DNA of 62,353 nt, counting the filler. It is 5 parts of 5 records of this genome, joined end to end, with 100 filler letters (N's around TTAATTAATTAA, not from the genome) between each part and the next. Parts side by side here need not be neighbours in the genome. Positions count along the whole stretch, not along the records: positions 17,650 to 37,470 come from SRR9188677_108; 4 more parts are not named here. One strand, 5' to 3'. Position 1 is the first letter of the stretch. Each line of letters begins with the position of its first letter. The notes beneath the pieces are model-generated. The model saw only the letters and a list, made by a program, of their open reading frames with translations, did not search any database and was not told where the DNA came from. Position numbers and translations under genes: made by a program. Below, piece after piece: positions 20,601 through 30,231 of this stretch.

Positions 20601-20759
20601 AACAACCATTGCATAACGGTTTTGTGTCTTAATATTGCTAAATAATGATAACACAGCCCAAAATGACGCTAAAAAATTAGCAGCTATTTTTGGTGCACGA
20701 TTTTTGGCAACTACTTCAAACGAGCAGTCACTAAACCAATTCAACAGTGTTGTTTTCAT
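17650..20759 (-). CDS. Large secreted adhesin-like protein (DUF11, SdrD B-like and Ig-like repeats), 3' truncated
   Basis: DUF11 repeats (DLSVS...ITYTVKITN...ATGVELTDVLP; DLAVVKTV...), SdrD-B (GSIGSVVWSDVDGNGIRNTGEAGL...GSYKVKF), Ig_7-like WFTSATATT/WYTSATSTT; Thr-rich. Start uncertain (ATG 20759, 20810 or 20837). Confidence 0.8.
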
Positions 20760-21402
20760 TAGTTTTTTGCTTTTATCAATCGAGTTGCTTTGGTAAAAAA
20801 ATTGATTCATTATCCGTACAGTTAGTAGATTGTCCATTTTTATATCCTGAAATACTCCTCTGAATGTGTTAGATGAACAATTGAGTGTCTAATCAAATTG
20901 ATTAAAATATATTTAAACTCGCTTCAATTTTTAGTTTTCTGATAAAAATCACTAAAAGAGCTATTTGAGTTATTAAAAATTACACATTAAATACAAAACA
21001 ATTAAAGTACTGTATTTCAGCACCTTGAACGACAACAAAATATATTTCCAGAGATTTTGGAGCTATTTTTATCGCCAAATGGTTGATTCACATGCAAAAA
21101 GCATCCAAAATTGTGCCAAAGAACGAAAAAGTATAAACTATTTTTAACACTCAAAATATCGACTTTAAATCCATAAATGGGCATTTATCAATTCGTTGAA
21201 TATTTTTTCAACAAATAAGAATAAGGACGTTTCACAAAAGCAAAACAAGAAGCAAATCGTCGTTTTTATTTCCATAAAATTTCAAGTATTTTCAGAAAGT
21301 ATTAAAGGCTTTTTCCTTTTATAGCGAACGATGAAGAAAAAAATAAAAATATTTTTCAGATAGAAGCAATACGAAGAAAACAATCGGTGTATTCTGATAC
21401 AG

Positions 21403-21939
21403 ATGAGGACAGAACAACTACTACATACATTAAAACAGTGCCGAAAAAATGACCGTAACGCACAGCGTGAGCTCTATGAAAGCTTTTATAGATATGGTTT
21501 GTCGGTTTGTGTACGTTATGTGGCAGATATTGATACATCGAGAGAATTGTTAAATGATGGTTTCATGAAAGTGTTTAGTAATATAGATCAATACAAGCCT
21601 GATTATCCCTTTGTCAACTGGTTCAAAAGGATTTTAGTGAATACTTGTATTAATCACCTTCGGAAATCACATCAAGAAATCCCTACTGCTGAATTAGTGG
21701 AAGCATCGGAAATGGGAATGGAAATGGATTTGTTTGGAAAGTTTTCGGTTGAAGAAATTGCTATCCTCATTCAGCAATTACCACCTGCTTACAGAACAGT
21801 TTTCAATCTACACGTTATAGAAGGTTATGAACATAAAGAAATTGCTGAAATGTTGAATATTTCGATTGGCACTTCACTTTCTAACCTTCATAAAGCCCGA
21901 AAAAAATTACAAGAATTGATTTTAACTAATAATTTTTAA
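21403..21939 (+). CDS. ECF RNA polymerase sigma factor
   Basis: Region 2 LLNDGFMKVF...WFKRILVNTCINHLRK; region 4 LPPAYRTVFNLHVIEGYEHKEIAEMLNISIGT. Confidence 0.93.
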   Translation: MRTEQLLHTLKQCRKNDRNAQRELYESFYRYGLSVCVRYVADIDTSRELLNDGFMKVFSNIDQYKPDYPFVNWFKRILVNTCINHLRKSHQEIPTAELVEASEMGMEMDLFGKFSVEEIAILIQQLPPAYRTVFNLHVIEGYEHKEIAEMLNISIGTSLSNLHKARKKLQELILTNNF

Positions 21940-22055
21940 ATAACCTCAACGATTATCTTTTAAATAGCGATGGTGATTAACACTTCAAAACATTAATTAC
22001 TAGCCATTTACGATAAAAAAAGATACTCATTTTTAGTTAATAAAGCACTGAAATC

Positions 22056-23261
22056 ATGGATGAACAAGATTTTGACCGACTGTTTGGTTCGCAGCTCCCA
22101 AATTTTGCGGGAAGTGACTGGCGGGAAATGGAAGGGCGTTTGGAAAGACGAGATTTAAAGCGGAAAATAACCAGATTAATGTGGGCTATCCCCTCAATAG
22201 CAACTATTATGTTTGGCGTTTCTGCGGTATTGTACCATTATTTAAATCAGACTCAGCAAAAACTAGCAGCATTAGAGAACCGTTTGGTAGAAGTTCATGC
22301 TAAATATTCAAGCAAACCTGATACCGTTTTTCAAAAAACAGTAGTGTACGATACCATTTATCAAAAAGTATTCGTCACCAAAACAATAGTACAAACACCC
22401 AATTTCACTGAAAACTTTACCAATAACCAAAACAACGCTTACTTCGAAAAATATGATAATAAAACTACTGGAGAACAATCTTTAATTGAAAGAGAAAAGT
22501 ATATGGGACTCAATAAATTGAATTTCAAAAGTCCAATTTTATATACTTCATCCCTAGATAAAAAAAATATGATTGAATCTTTTAAATCAGTGGAAATTGA
22601 AGAAGATTCATTTATTACAGAAAATCATTTTTCGTTGATACCAAAATCTGTTTCAATTGGGGCTTTGGCTGGTGTTCAAGTACCTTTTGGTGATTTTTTA
22701 GAACGTGGCGGTGGCTCACAACTTGGTTTTAGAACTGTATTAGGCTACCACAACAGTAAAGGTTTAGAGCGTTGGGGCATCGTAATTGATGCTCAAAAAA
22801 CAAATCTTTTCTTTGAAAATCATAAAGAAGAAGGTTTTGGTCCTTTTGATGGTGGTTCTGGAGGCATGATAAATCCAGGAGGTGGGAAAAAACCTTTAAA
22901 AAAAGTAGATGTACCTGAGTTCTGTGCTTATCAAGTTAGCTTGGGCTTGCGTTATAATTTATTATTTAATCAAAACTTCAAACCATATTTTGGAGTAAAC
23001 TGGAGTGTGCAAATACCTAATCAATATAATATCAATTACTATTATGAAGACCCAACAAATAACCAAAGTACCTCTAACAAACAAGCTGCAATTGCTAATT
23101 TGTTAGGGGGAAATGTTGGGGCGACATATCAATTTTCAAAACATTTATTAGCAAGTGCAGAAATGTATTATCAGACTCAAGCTTTAAAAAACCCAAATCC
23201 ATTAGATGCTCCAGCTACTTTAGGTGCTAGGCTTGGGCTTTTTTATCGATTCGGGAATTGA
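22056..23261 (+). CDS. Probable anti-sigma factor with TM helix and C-terminal outer-membrane beta-barrel
   Basis: N-terminal DFDRLF...W..M...L, one hydrophobic helix, coiled coil and polar spacer, then amphipathic strands (QVSLGLRYNL, KPYFGV, GARLGLFYRF). Directly after the ECF sigma. Confidence 0.65.
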   Translation: MDEQDFDRLFGSQLPNFAGSDWREMEGRLERRDLKRKITRLMWAIPSIATIMFGVSAVLYHYLNQTQQKLAALENRLVEVHAKYSSKPDTVFQKTVVYDTIYQKVFVTKTIVQTPNFTENFTNNQNNAYFEKYDNKTTGEQSLIEREKYMGLNKLNFKSPILYTSSLDKKNMIESFKSVEIEEDSFITENHFSLIPKSVSIGALAGVQVPFGDFLERGGGSQLGFRTVLGYHNSKGLERWGIVIDAQKTNLFFENHKEEGFGPFDGGSGGMINPGGGKKPLKKVDVPEFCAYQVSLGLRYNLLFNQNFKPYFGVNWSVQIPNQYNINYYYEDPTNNQSTSNKQAAIANLLGGNVGATYQFSKHLLASAEMYYQTQALKNPNPLDAPATLGARLGLFYRFGN

Positions 23262-23376
23262 AGTAAACGTTAATTTTTAAATATAATCCTTATTTGATTT
23301 CAGGTTTTCCCAAAAAAACCTAATGGTAAATTTTTGTCCAAAAAATATCTAACCACTATTGTTTATAGTACAAAAA

Positions 23377-24039
23377 ATGAAAAACAATCAGCTTAAAGCA
23401 GTAATTCTAATGTGTGTTTTTAGCTTAGCTTTCAAAGTAAATGCACAAAATGCCAATCAAAGTGAACCCGTTTTTGGAACAGTTGTCGTGAAAAAAACAA
23501 CAAGCGATTCTACCAAAAAACCATTTAATTTATTCAAACCTGCTTTTTTAAGACTTGGAATAATTGGTGGAAGTATGATTTCATTTGATGGAGGTAGAAA
23601 TTCAAATGGAGGAATGTTGGGTTTGCGAGTTGAGTATGGTATTTCTAATCGTTTTTCAGTTGTTGGGCAATTGCAAAATAATAGAAGTAGAAACGATGAG
23701 TTCCCAGATGCTCAGGCTTCATTAGGTTTGAATTGGATGCCATTTAAGAGTAAACGTTTACAACCTTACGTTGGGCTTGGCGTCGGAATTGGAGGAAACG
23801 GATTGGGAAGAAATGATTTTCGCTATTCAGGAAGAAGATTTGATTATGATAACCTGAATGAAAGAAGACATGCTGAAGGTTTCGGTTTAGTGAAAACTGG
23901 CTTGAACTATGTATTAGCCAAACGACTTATCGGAACAATAGAAGCTAATTATCAGATGCCATTTCAAAGAGAAGGCTCGAATGGAAATGCCAATATCGCT
24001 TTAGGTTTGTCGTATCAATTCGGAAGAAAAAAGATATAA
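23377..24039 (+). CDS. Outer membrane beta-barrel protein (OmpA/PorT-like)
   Basis: Signal peptide; strands LRVEYG, LQPYVGLGVG, GLNYV, and C-terminal ALGLSYQFG. Confidence 0.75.
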   Translation: MKNNQLKAVILMCVFSLAFKVNAQNANQSEPVFGTVVVKKTTSDSTKKPFNLFKPAFLRLGIIGGSMISFDGGRNSNGGMLGLRVEYGISNRFSVVGQLQNNRSRNDEFPDAQASLGLNWMPFKSKRLQPYVGLGVGIGGNGLGRNDFRYSGRRFDYDNLNERRHAEGFGLVKTGLNYVLAKRLIGTIEANYQMPFQREGSNGNANIALGLSYQFGRKKI

Positions 24040-24204
24040 AAATAGCAACACAAATTTGGTTTTATATAAACGGTTGGAGTGTTTACTCCAACTGTTTCTT
24101 GAAAATTTGTGACCATTTCAATCAAAAAAGATTACAGACTGTTCAATTCAGTTAGTAAAATTAATTCTTGCAATAGAAAGCTCAACCCATAAAAATCATA
24201 TTTT

Positions 24205-24450
24205 ATGAACACATCGGTCTTGGAAACAATCCAGTTTTTTTTAACAAAAACATTCTATGTAAAACCACAGCATGTGAAACCTTATACTAGAATTCACGAA
24301 GATTTAAGACTCAATCAAATGGAGTTTTTAGAAATGGTTGTGACTGTTGAAAATACGTATCAGATACAACTGGCCGATAACGAATTAGGACGTTGCAAGA
24401 AAATTAACGACCTCGCTCTGATAACTGAGCGAGCTTTAGGAAGAATATGA
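24205..24450 (+). CDS. Acyl-carrier-protein-like small protein lacking the DSL serine
   Basis: EDLRLNQMEFLEMVVTVENTYQIQL aligns with ACP [25 protein letters not shown]; the Ser position is Gln. Confidence 0.65.
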   Translation: MNTSVLETIQFFLTKTFYVKPQHVKPYTRIHEDLRLNQMEFLEMVVTVENTYQIQLADNELGRCKKINDLALITERALGRI

Positions 24451-24488
24451 GAGGTTTTTTTCATAGATGTAGAGTTTAAGTGAATTGG

Positions 24489-24520
24489 AAACGCCATAAA
24501 AAGAATTTATGGCGTTTTTT
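24489..24520 (+). terminator. Intrinsic terminator after the ACP-like gene
   Basis: AAACGCCATAAA...TTTATGGCGTTTTTT. Confidence 0.8.
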
Positions 24521-24544
24521 GTTGCCCACAAGCTAAATACTCCT

Positions 24545-24612
24545 AAAACAAAAAACCCCATAACTAGCGATAGTCATGAGGTTAATTGAGTATGTTAGTG
24601 TACATAGGATTG
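24545..24612 (-). ncRNA. Candidate ~65-nt small RNA
   Basis: Minus-strand -7-like CATCTTTG (24618-24625), ~28 nt unpaired, 13-bp hairpin AACCTCATGACTA-TCGC-TAGTTATGGGGTT, then a T tract; no convincing ORF. Confidence 0.4.
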
Positions 24613-24905
24613 TTTTACAAAGATGGTTACTTTCTACGAGAATTAAAATACGTATTTATACCTATTTTGAAGAAAAATAAACTTTAACGTAGCAAAAAAG
24701 CGTTTATAGAATATTGGAAAAATATTTATTTTACCCTTCTTCAAGTACTCAATATGCTGAAATATGCAAGGAATTGCTAGCAAAACCACTTCATTAAGCC
24801 CTTCTTCTGCCAATTTGACATTTCTACTCATCTTGGAACTGTATTTGTAAATCTAGCTTCCATAAAAGTTTGAAATGTTTTAAGCTAAAAAATGACAAAA
24901 TGACT

Positions 24906-26723
24906 ATGCAAGAAAAAGGTAATATCTCGATTCATACCGAGAACATTTTCCCGATTATTAAAAAATTCCTTTATTCAGACCACGAAATTTTCCTTCGTGA
25001 ATTAGTGTCAAATGCCGTTGATGCTTCGCAGAAAATTAAAAGATTAGCTTCAATTGGTGAGTATTCAGGTGAATTAGGGGCATTGAAAGTGACGGTTTCT
25101 TTCGATAAAGAAGCAAAAACTATCACTATTTCAGATGCCGGTTTGGGGATGACCGCCGAAGAAATCAAAAAATACATTAATCAAATTGCTTTTTCGGGTG
25201 CTACCGAATTCGTAGAAAAATACAAAGATAAAGGTGATGAAAAAGCTATTATCGGACACTTCGGTTTAGGTTTTTACTCTGCCTTTATGGTCGCTGAAAG
25301 AGTTGATATTATTTCAAAATCATATCAAGAAGGTTCAGAAGCTGTAAAATGGACTTGCGATGGCTCAACAGAATTTGAAATTTCAGAAGCGACTCGTGAT
25401 GCTCGTGGTACAGATATTATTTTACACGTTGCTGAAGATTCATTAGAGTTCTTAGAGGAATTCAAATTGAAACAAATTCTTGATAAGTACTGTAAATTCT
25501 TACCAATCGAGATTGAATTTCAAGAAAAAATCATCAACAATCCAACGCCAATTTGGGCAAAATCTCCTTCTGAATTAACAGACGAAGATTACCTTAAATT
25601 CTACGAAGAGCTTTATCCATTCTCGGAAAAACCTTTGTTCTGGATTCATTTGAATGTTGATTATCCTTTCAACTTAACGGGTATTTTGTACTTCCCGAAA
25701 GTGAAAAATGAATTACAGTTACAACGTGAAAAAATTCAATTATACAGTCGCCAAGTATTTATTACCGACGAAGTAAAAGACGTTGTTCCTGAATTCTTGA
25801 TGTTATTGCATGGTGTAATTGACTCCCCAGATATTCCTCTGAACGTGTCTCGTAGCTTCTTACAAGCGGATAGTAATGTGAAGAAAATCAATTCTTACAT
25901 CACTAAAAAAGTAGCGGATAAATTAGCTGAATTATTTAAAGCAGACCGTGCTGGTTTTGAACAGAAATTTGATAACATCGGTCTTTTCGTGAAATACGGA
26001 ATGATTTCTGATGAAAAATTCTATGACCGTGCAAAAGATTACTGCTTAGTTCAAAACGTTGATGGAAAGCACTTTACCTTGAACGAATACGCTGAGTTTG
26101 CACAAGAAAATCAGAAAGATAAAAATGACGATGTAATTTACTTGTACACTAGCGATGTAAATGCACAAGATAGTTTTATCCAATCTGCCAAAAAACGTGG
26201 ATACGATGTGTTGAAATTGGATTCAGTGTTAGATAGTCACTTTATCAATCAGTTGGAAACCAAATTGGTAAAAACTAGCTTGAAGCGAGTGGATGCTGAT
26301 ACCATCGAAAAATTGATTGACAAAGGTATTTCTGTTGATGTTGTACTTTCTGAAACCGAAAAAGAAACAGTGAAAAAGGTTTTTGAAGAAGTAATCAACG
26401 ACACAACGAAAGTAGTTGCTTTGGAAGCAATGCCGGTTGATGAATTACCTGCTGTGATTACTCAAAACGAATTCATGCGTAGAATGAGCGATATGTCTCG
26501 TGCTGGCGGTGGCGGAATGGGCATGTTCGGTGCGATGCCAAACAATTATATCGTTTCGGTGAATGCAAATCATGCTTCAGTAACTAAAATTCTTCAAACT
26601 ACTGATGCTGAAGAGCAGAAAAAACTAGCGAAACAAGTATATGATTTAGCATTATTATCACAAAATATGCTTACTGGTGCTGATTTAACAGCCTTTATTC
26701 AAAGAACTGCTTTAGCATTGTAA
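24906..26723 (+). CDS. htpG: Chaperone HtpG (Hsp90)
   Basis: YSDHEIFLRELVSNAVDA, IGHFGLGFYSAFMVA and DIPLNVSRS motifs. ATG 24900 or 24906. Confidence 0.97.
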   Translation: MQEKGNISIHTENIFPIIKKFLYSDHEIFLRELVSNAVDASQKIKRLASIGEYSGELGALKVTVSFDKEAKTITISDAGLGMTAEEIKKYINQIAFSGATEFVEKYKDKGDEKAIIGHFGLGFYSAFMVAERVDIISKSYQEGSEAVKWTCDGSTEFEISEATRDARGTDIILHVAEDSLEFLEEFKLKQILDKYCKFLPIEIEFQEKIINNPTPIWAKSPSELTDEDYLKFYEELYPFSEKPLFWIHLNVDYPFNLTGILYFPKVKNELQLQREKIQLYSRQVFITDEVKDVVPEFLMLLHGVIDSPDIPLNVSRSFLQADSNVKKINSYITKKVADKLAELFKADRAGFEQKFDNIGLFVKYGMISDEKFYDRAKDYCLVQNVDGKHFTLNEYAEFAQENQKDKNDDVIYLYTSDVNAQDSFIQSAKKRGYDVLKLDSVLDSHFINQLETKLVKTSLKRVDADTIEKLIDKGISVDVVLSETEKETVKKVFEEVINDTTKVVALEAMPVDELPAVITQNEFMRRMSDMSRAGGGGMGMFGAMPNNYIVSVNANHASVTKILQTTDAEEQKKLAKQVYDLALLSQNMLTGADLTAFIQRTALAL

Positions 26724-26737
26724 GAGTAAAATTCACC

Positions 26738-26777
26738 AAAAAAGCGCTGTTAGGTTTTACTTAACAGCGCTTTTTTG
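26738..26777. terminator. Bidirectional intrinsic terminator
   Basis: AAAAAAGCGCTGTTA...TAACAGCGCTTTTTT between convergent htpG and the ATPase. Confidence 0.85.
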
Positions 26778-26796
26778 ATGAATTTTTATTTAAAAT

Positions 26797-29205
26797 CTAC
26801 TCCTTACTTTTAAACATTTTATTGCCTTTTACAACCATTCCGATGGATGCAATTCCTACCAAAGTAATTGAATTTACAGGCATTAAAATTGCGGCAACAA
26901 TTGGTGAAAGTGTTCCTTGTACTGCGAAAGTTAAACCGATACAATTGTACATCAACGAAAATACATAACTAAAACGAATCAGTTTTAAAGCAAACTTACT
27001 GTATTTTAAATATGCAGGAAGCGCTTTTAAATGTTCTGCCGCAATAATTCCGTCGCTCATTGGCGTAAAGTTCAAAGTATCGTCCGTTACAGCAATGCCA
27101 ATTTCTGCTTGTTTCAAAGCACCTGCATCATTCAAACCATCGCCAATCATGATTACTTTCTTGCCTTCCGCTTGAAGCTTTTTAATAAATGCTAGTTTTT
27201 CTTGTGGTGTACAGTCAAAATGCAAATACTCTTTGTTTTTAAACCAACTTTCAAGATGCGTTCTTTCACTTTGGTTATCACCCGAAAGTAAGTAAGTATC
27301 ATAATTTTCACCTAAGTTTTTAATCGTACTTTCTATATCTTTTCGGTAATGATTTGGCAAAGTAAAATAGCCTAAATATTCATCATCTATTGATAAATGA
27401 GCTACTGAAGCTGAAAAAGATTTAGGTTCAGCATCCAATAAAGGATTCACAAAAGTACTTGAGCCTAGTTTCACAAAATGTCCATGATATTTTCCTTCAA
27501 TGCCTTTTCCTGTTGTTTCATGAAAATCTTCAATGGCTAAAAAGTGCTTTTCTCCGGATATTTCTTTGATTTTCTGAGAAATCGGATGTGAAGAATTATG
27601 TGCTAAAGAAACGACTAACATTTCCTCAAAAACCGAAAGCGATCGTTTTCCTTGAAATTGTGGCCTCGCTCCTGCTGATGTTGTAATTGTTCCCGTTTTA
27701 TCAAAAACGATAGTGTCGCAATTCGCCATTGTTTCAATTACATCACCATTCTTTAAATAGAAATGTTGTTTGCCAAGTATTCTCAAGCCATTTCCTAAAG
27801 CAAATGGATAACTCAATGATAAAGTACAAGGACAAGCAATAATTAATATCGCCGAAAAAGCATTTAACATTTTGCTGACATCGGTAAAATACCAATAAAT
27901 CGCCACAGAAAAAGCTAAAGTCAACACGCCAAAAGTAAAGTACTTTCCAACTAAATTAGAGAACGACTTAATCCTACTCTCCTGCTCTTTCTGAAAAGTA
28001 TCGTTGTTCCAAAGTTGGGTTAAATAACTTTGTGAAACATCTTTTAATACTTCCATTTCAATGCTTGCACCAACTTGTCGCCCGCCAGCAAACAGAAAAT
28101 CACCCAATTGTTTTCTTTCCAAAGCGGCTTCGCCAGTCACAAAACTGTAGTCAATATTGGCTTCTCCTTTGTATAAAAGTGAATCCGCAGGAATCAATTC
28201 TCCGTTTCTAATCAGAATTTTATCGCCTTTTTTCAAAGCACTTACCGAAACAGATTCATGTTCACCAAAAACTAATCGAGTAACGGCTAAAGGAAAATAT
28301 GATTTATAATCCCGTTCAAAAGAAAGAAAATGATACGTTTTTTGCTGAAACCATTTGCCGATTAATAAAAAGAAAATCAGTCCAGTCACTGAATCGAAAT
28401 AACCCGCACCGTGATTAAAAATTACTTCATAAATTCCTCTAAAAAATGCCACAAGAATACTTAACAGAATCGGAAAATCAATATTGACAATTCCTTTTCT
28501 TAGACTTTTATAGACAGATTCAAAGTACCCAGAAGCTGAATAAAATACCACTGGCGTAGCCAAAACAATATTCAAATAGCCAAAGAGTAATTTATAAGTA
28601 TCGTCTTGCAAACCCAAGTATTCTGGAAAACTAAAAAGCATGATATTGCCCGCACAAAAACCTGCTAAACCCAATTGAGTCAATAATTTTCTGTCATTGG
28701 GTTGCTTTTTTTCTTTCACAACATCGTTCAATGACATCAAAGGTTCATAGCCAACGGCACTTAATAATTCCGCTAGTTGCCTAAAAGTAATGCCTTTATC
28801 GGCAATATTATGTCTGAAAGTAACGGCTACTTGTTTCTTCAAAAAATCTACTTGCGAACGTTCAATTCCTTCATGTAAACGATATAAATTTTCGAGTAAA
28901 TACAAACAAGAACTACAATGAATAGTTGGAATATAGAAAGTGACTTTCGAGATACTTTCGTTCTGAAAATCTAAAAGTGTTTTAGCAATTTCTGGATTAT
29001 CTAAAAACTCAAAACGTGAAATTTGTGGAGTATTGCCAGATTTCTCTTCGATTTGGTAATAATTACAAAGATTATTTTGGTCTAGAATTTCATAAACAGT
29101 TTTGCATCCATCACAACAAAAATATTTTTCTTCGATATGAATATGGTCGTCGGGGCATTCGTTTCCGCAATGAAAACAGCGTTGCGCAGTATCAGTAGCA
29201 ATCAT
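26797..29205 (-). CDS. P1B-type heavy-metal ATPase, CcoI/FixI-like
   Basis: N-terminal CFHCGNEC...FCCDGCKTVY, HMA HCSSC, TGEA, CPC, DKTGT and GDGLND motifs. ATG 29205 preferred. Confidence 0.88.
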   Translation of the reverse strand: MIATDTAQRCFHCGNECPDDHIHIEEKYFCCDGCKTVYEILDQNNLCNYYQIEEKSGNTPQISRFEFLDNPEIAKTLLDFQNESISKVTFYIPTIHCSSCLYLLENLYRLHEGIERSQVDFLKKQVAVTFRHNIADKGITFRQLAELLSAVGYEPLMSLNDVVKEKKQPNDRKLLTQLGLAGFCAGNIMLFSFPEYLGLQDDTYKLLFGYLNIVLATPVVFYSASGYFESVYKSLRKGIVNIDFPILLSILVAFFRGIYEVIFNHGAGYFDSVTGLIFFLLIGKWFQQKTYHFLSFERDYKSYFPLAVTRLVFGEHESVSVSALKKGDKILIRNGELIPADSLLYKGEANIDYSFVTGEAALERKQLGDFLFAGGRQVGASIEMEVLKDVSQSYLTQLWNNDTFQKEQESRIKSFSNLVGKYFTFGVLTLAFSVAIYWYFTDVSKMLNAFSAILIIACPCTLSLSYPFALGNGLRILGKQHFYLKNGDVIETMANCDTIVFDKTGTITTSAGARPQFQGKRSLSVFEEMLVVSLAHNSSHPISQKIKEISGEKHFLAIEDFHETTGKGIEGKYHGHFVKLGSSTFVNPLLDAEPKSFSASVAHLSIDDEYLGYFTLPNHYRKDIESTIKNLGENYDTYLLSGDNQSERTHLESWFKNKEYLHFDCTPQEKLAFIKKLQAEGKKVIMIGDGLNDAGALKQAEIGIAVTDDTLNFTPMSDGIIAAEHLKALPAYLKYSKFALKLIRFSYVFSLMYNCIGLTFAVQGTLSPIVAAILMPVNSITLVGIASIGMVVKGNKMFKSKE

Positions 29206-29331
29206 GAAAATGGCGTTTATTTTCTGAGCGAAAAGACTGAGGCTCAATATCAAAAACTCAATTTATTATTTTGACTCATCAAAGTTCTGCTTTAGCGATT
29301 AACCAAAGTATGAGTAAAGCAATTGTTAAAA

Positions 29332-29345
29332 CTGATAAAAGTCAT
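29332..29345 (+). promoter_or_regulatory. FNR-like box CTGAT-N4-GTCAT
   Basis: In the divergent ATPase/crp-fnr promoter region; resembles TTGAT-N4-ATCAA and the two copies below. Confidence 0.6.
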
Positions 29346-29395
29346 TTACAAAAGGGGGATTAAGACGCAATTTCGGGGATATTAATCCCGAAAAA

Positions 29396-30091
29396 ATGAT
29401 GAATCCTAGTTGTAATACATGCGAATTCAAGAATTCGTCTCTCTTTAAAAATTGTTCTTCTGATGAATTAAATCATCTAAACGATAGCAAATGTTTTAAT
29501 GTCTATAAAAAAGGACAAGTAATTTTTCATGAAGGAAATCGTCCTTTAGGGCTTTTTTGTGTGTATAATGGAAAAGTAAAAGTAAGTCGTTTGGGTTCTG
29601 ACGGAAAGGAACAAGTAATTAGATTAGTAAAAAAAGGTGATACTTTGGGCTATCGTTCTTTGATTGAAAATTCAAAATATAGCGCTTCGGCAATTGCTTT
29701 AGATGATACCGAAGCTTGTTTTATTTCAGCTTCAGAATTTAATCACCTCATTGATAGCAATGTAAAAGTAGCCAGCGACTTGATGCGAATGCTTGCCAAA
29801 GTATTGGGCGATACGCAAGATAAATTGGTTCACTTAGCAATGAAGCCTGTACGAGAACGTTTAGCAGAAGCTTTACTGCTATTAAAAAGTACTTACGACG
29901 ACAAAAAATCAGAACATTTTTCCATTTCAATTTCCAGAGAAGACCTATCCTCTATCGTTGGTACAGCCAAAGAGACCGTCATCCGCTTTCTTTCTGAATT
30001 CAAAGAAGAAGGCATTGTAAGTACTCGTGGTAGTGAAATCACCATCCTTCGAGCCGACAAATTATTGCAAATAAGTAGCTTATACGATTAG
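29396..30091 (+). CDS. Crp/Fnr family regulator, FNR-like with N-terminal cysteines
   Basis: Cys6, Cys9, Cys20 and Cys33; cNMP barrel; HTH SREDLSSIVGTAKETVIR. Confidence 0.9.
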   Translation: MMNPSCNTCEFKNSSLFKNCSSDELNHLNDSKCFNVYKKGQVIFHEGNRPLGLFCVYNGKVKVSRLGSDGKEQVIRLVKKGDTLGYRSLIENSKYSASAIALDDTEACFISASEFNHLIDSNVKVASDLMRMLAKVLGDTQDKLVHLAMKPVRERLAEALLLLKSTYDDKKSEHFSISISREDLSSIVGTAKETVIRFLSEFKEEGIVSTRGSEITILRADKLLQISSLYD

Positions 30092-30165
30092 CCTTAAAAG
30101 CCTTGCATTAAATAAGTCTCACCATTTTTGTTAGTTTAAGCCGACTTATTTTATCAGTACTTCTA

Positions 30166-30179
30166 TTGATAAAAATCAT
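30166..30179 (+). promoter_or_regulatory. FNR-like box TTGAT-N4-ATCAT
   Basis: Upstream of the cNMP-domain gene. Confidence 0.65.
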
Positions 30180-30231
30180 TTCAGTGGAGTAGGCAAAGCA
30201 CTAACTTGTCGCCAGATTAATAAAAATCAAC

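Noticed and set aside
24643..24831. 62-aa minus-strand ORF upstream of htpG; likewise 13354-13566 and 35891-36097
   Set aside because: AT-rich intergenic composition (Phe/Lys/Ile-rich), overlapping promoter or terminator sequence, with no motif.
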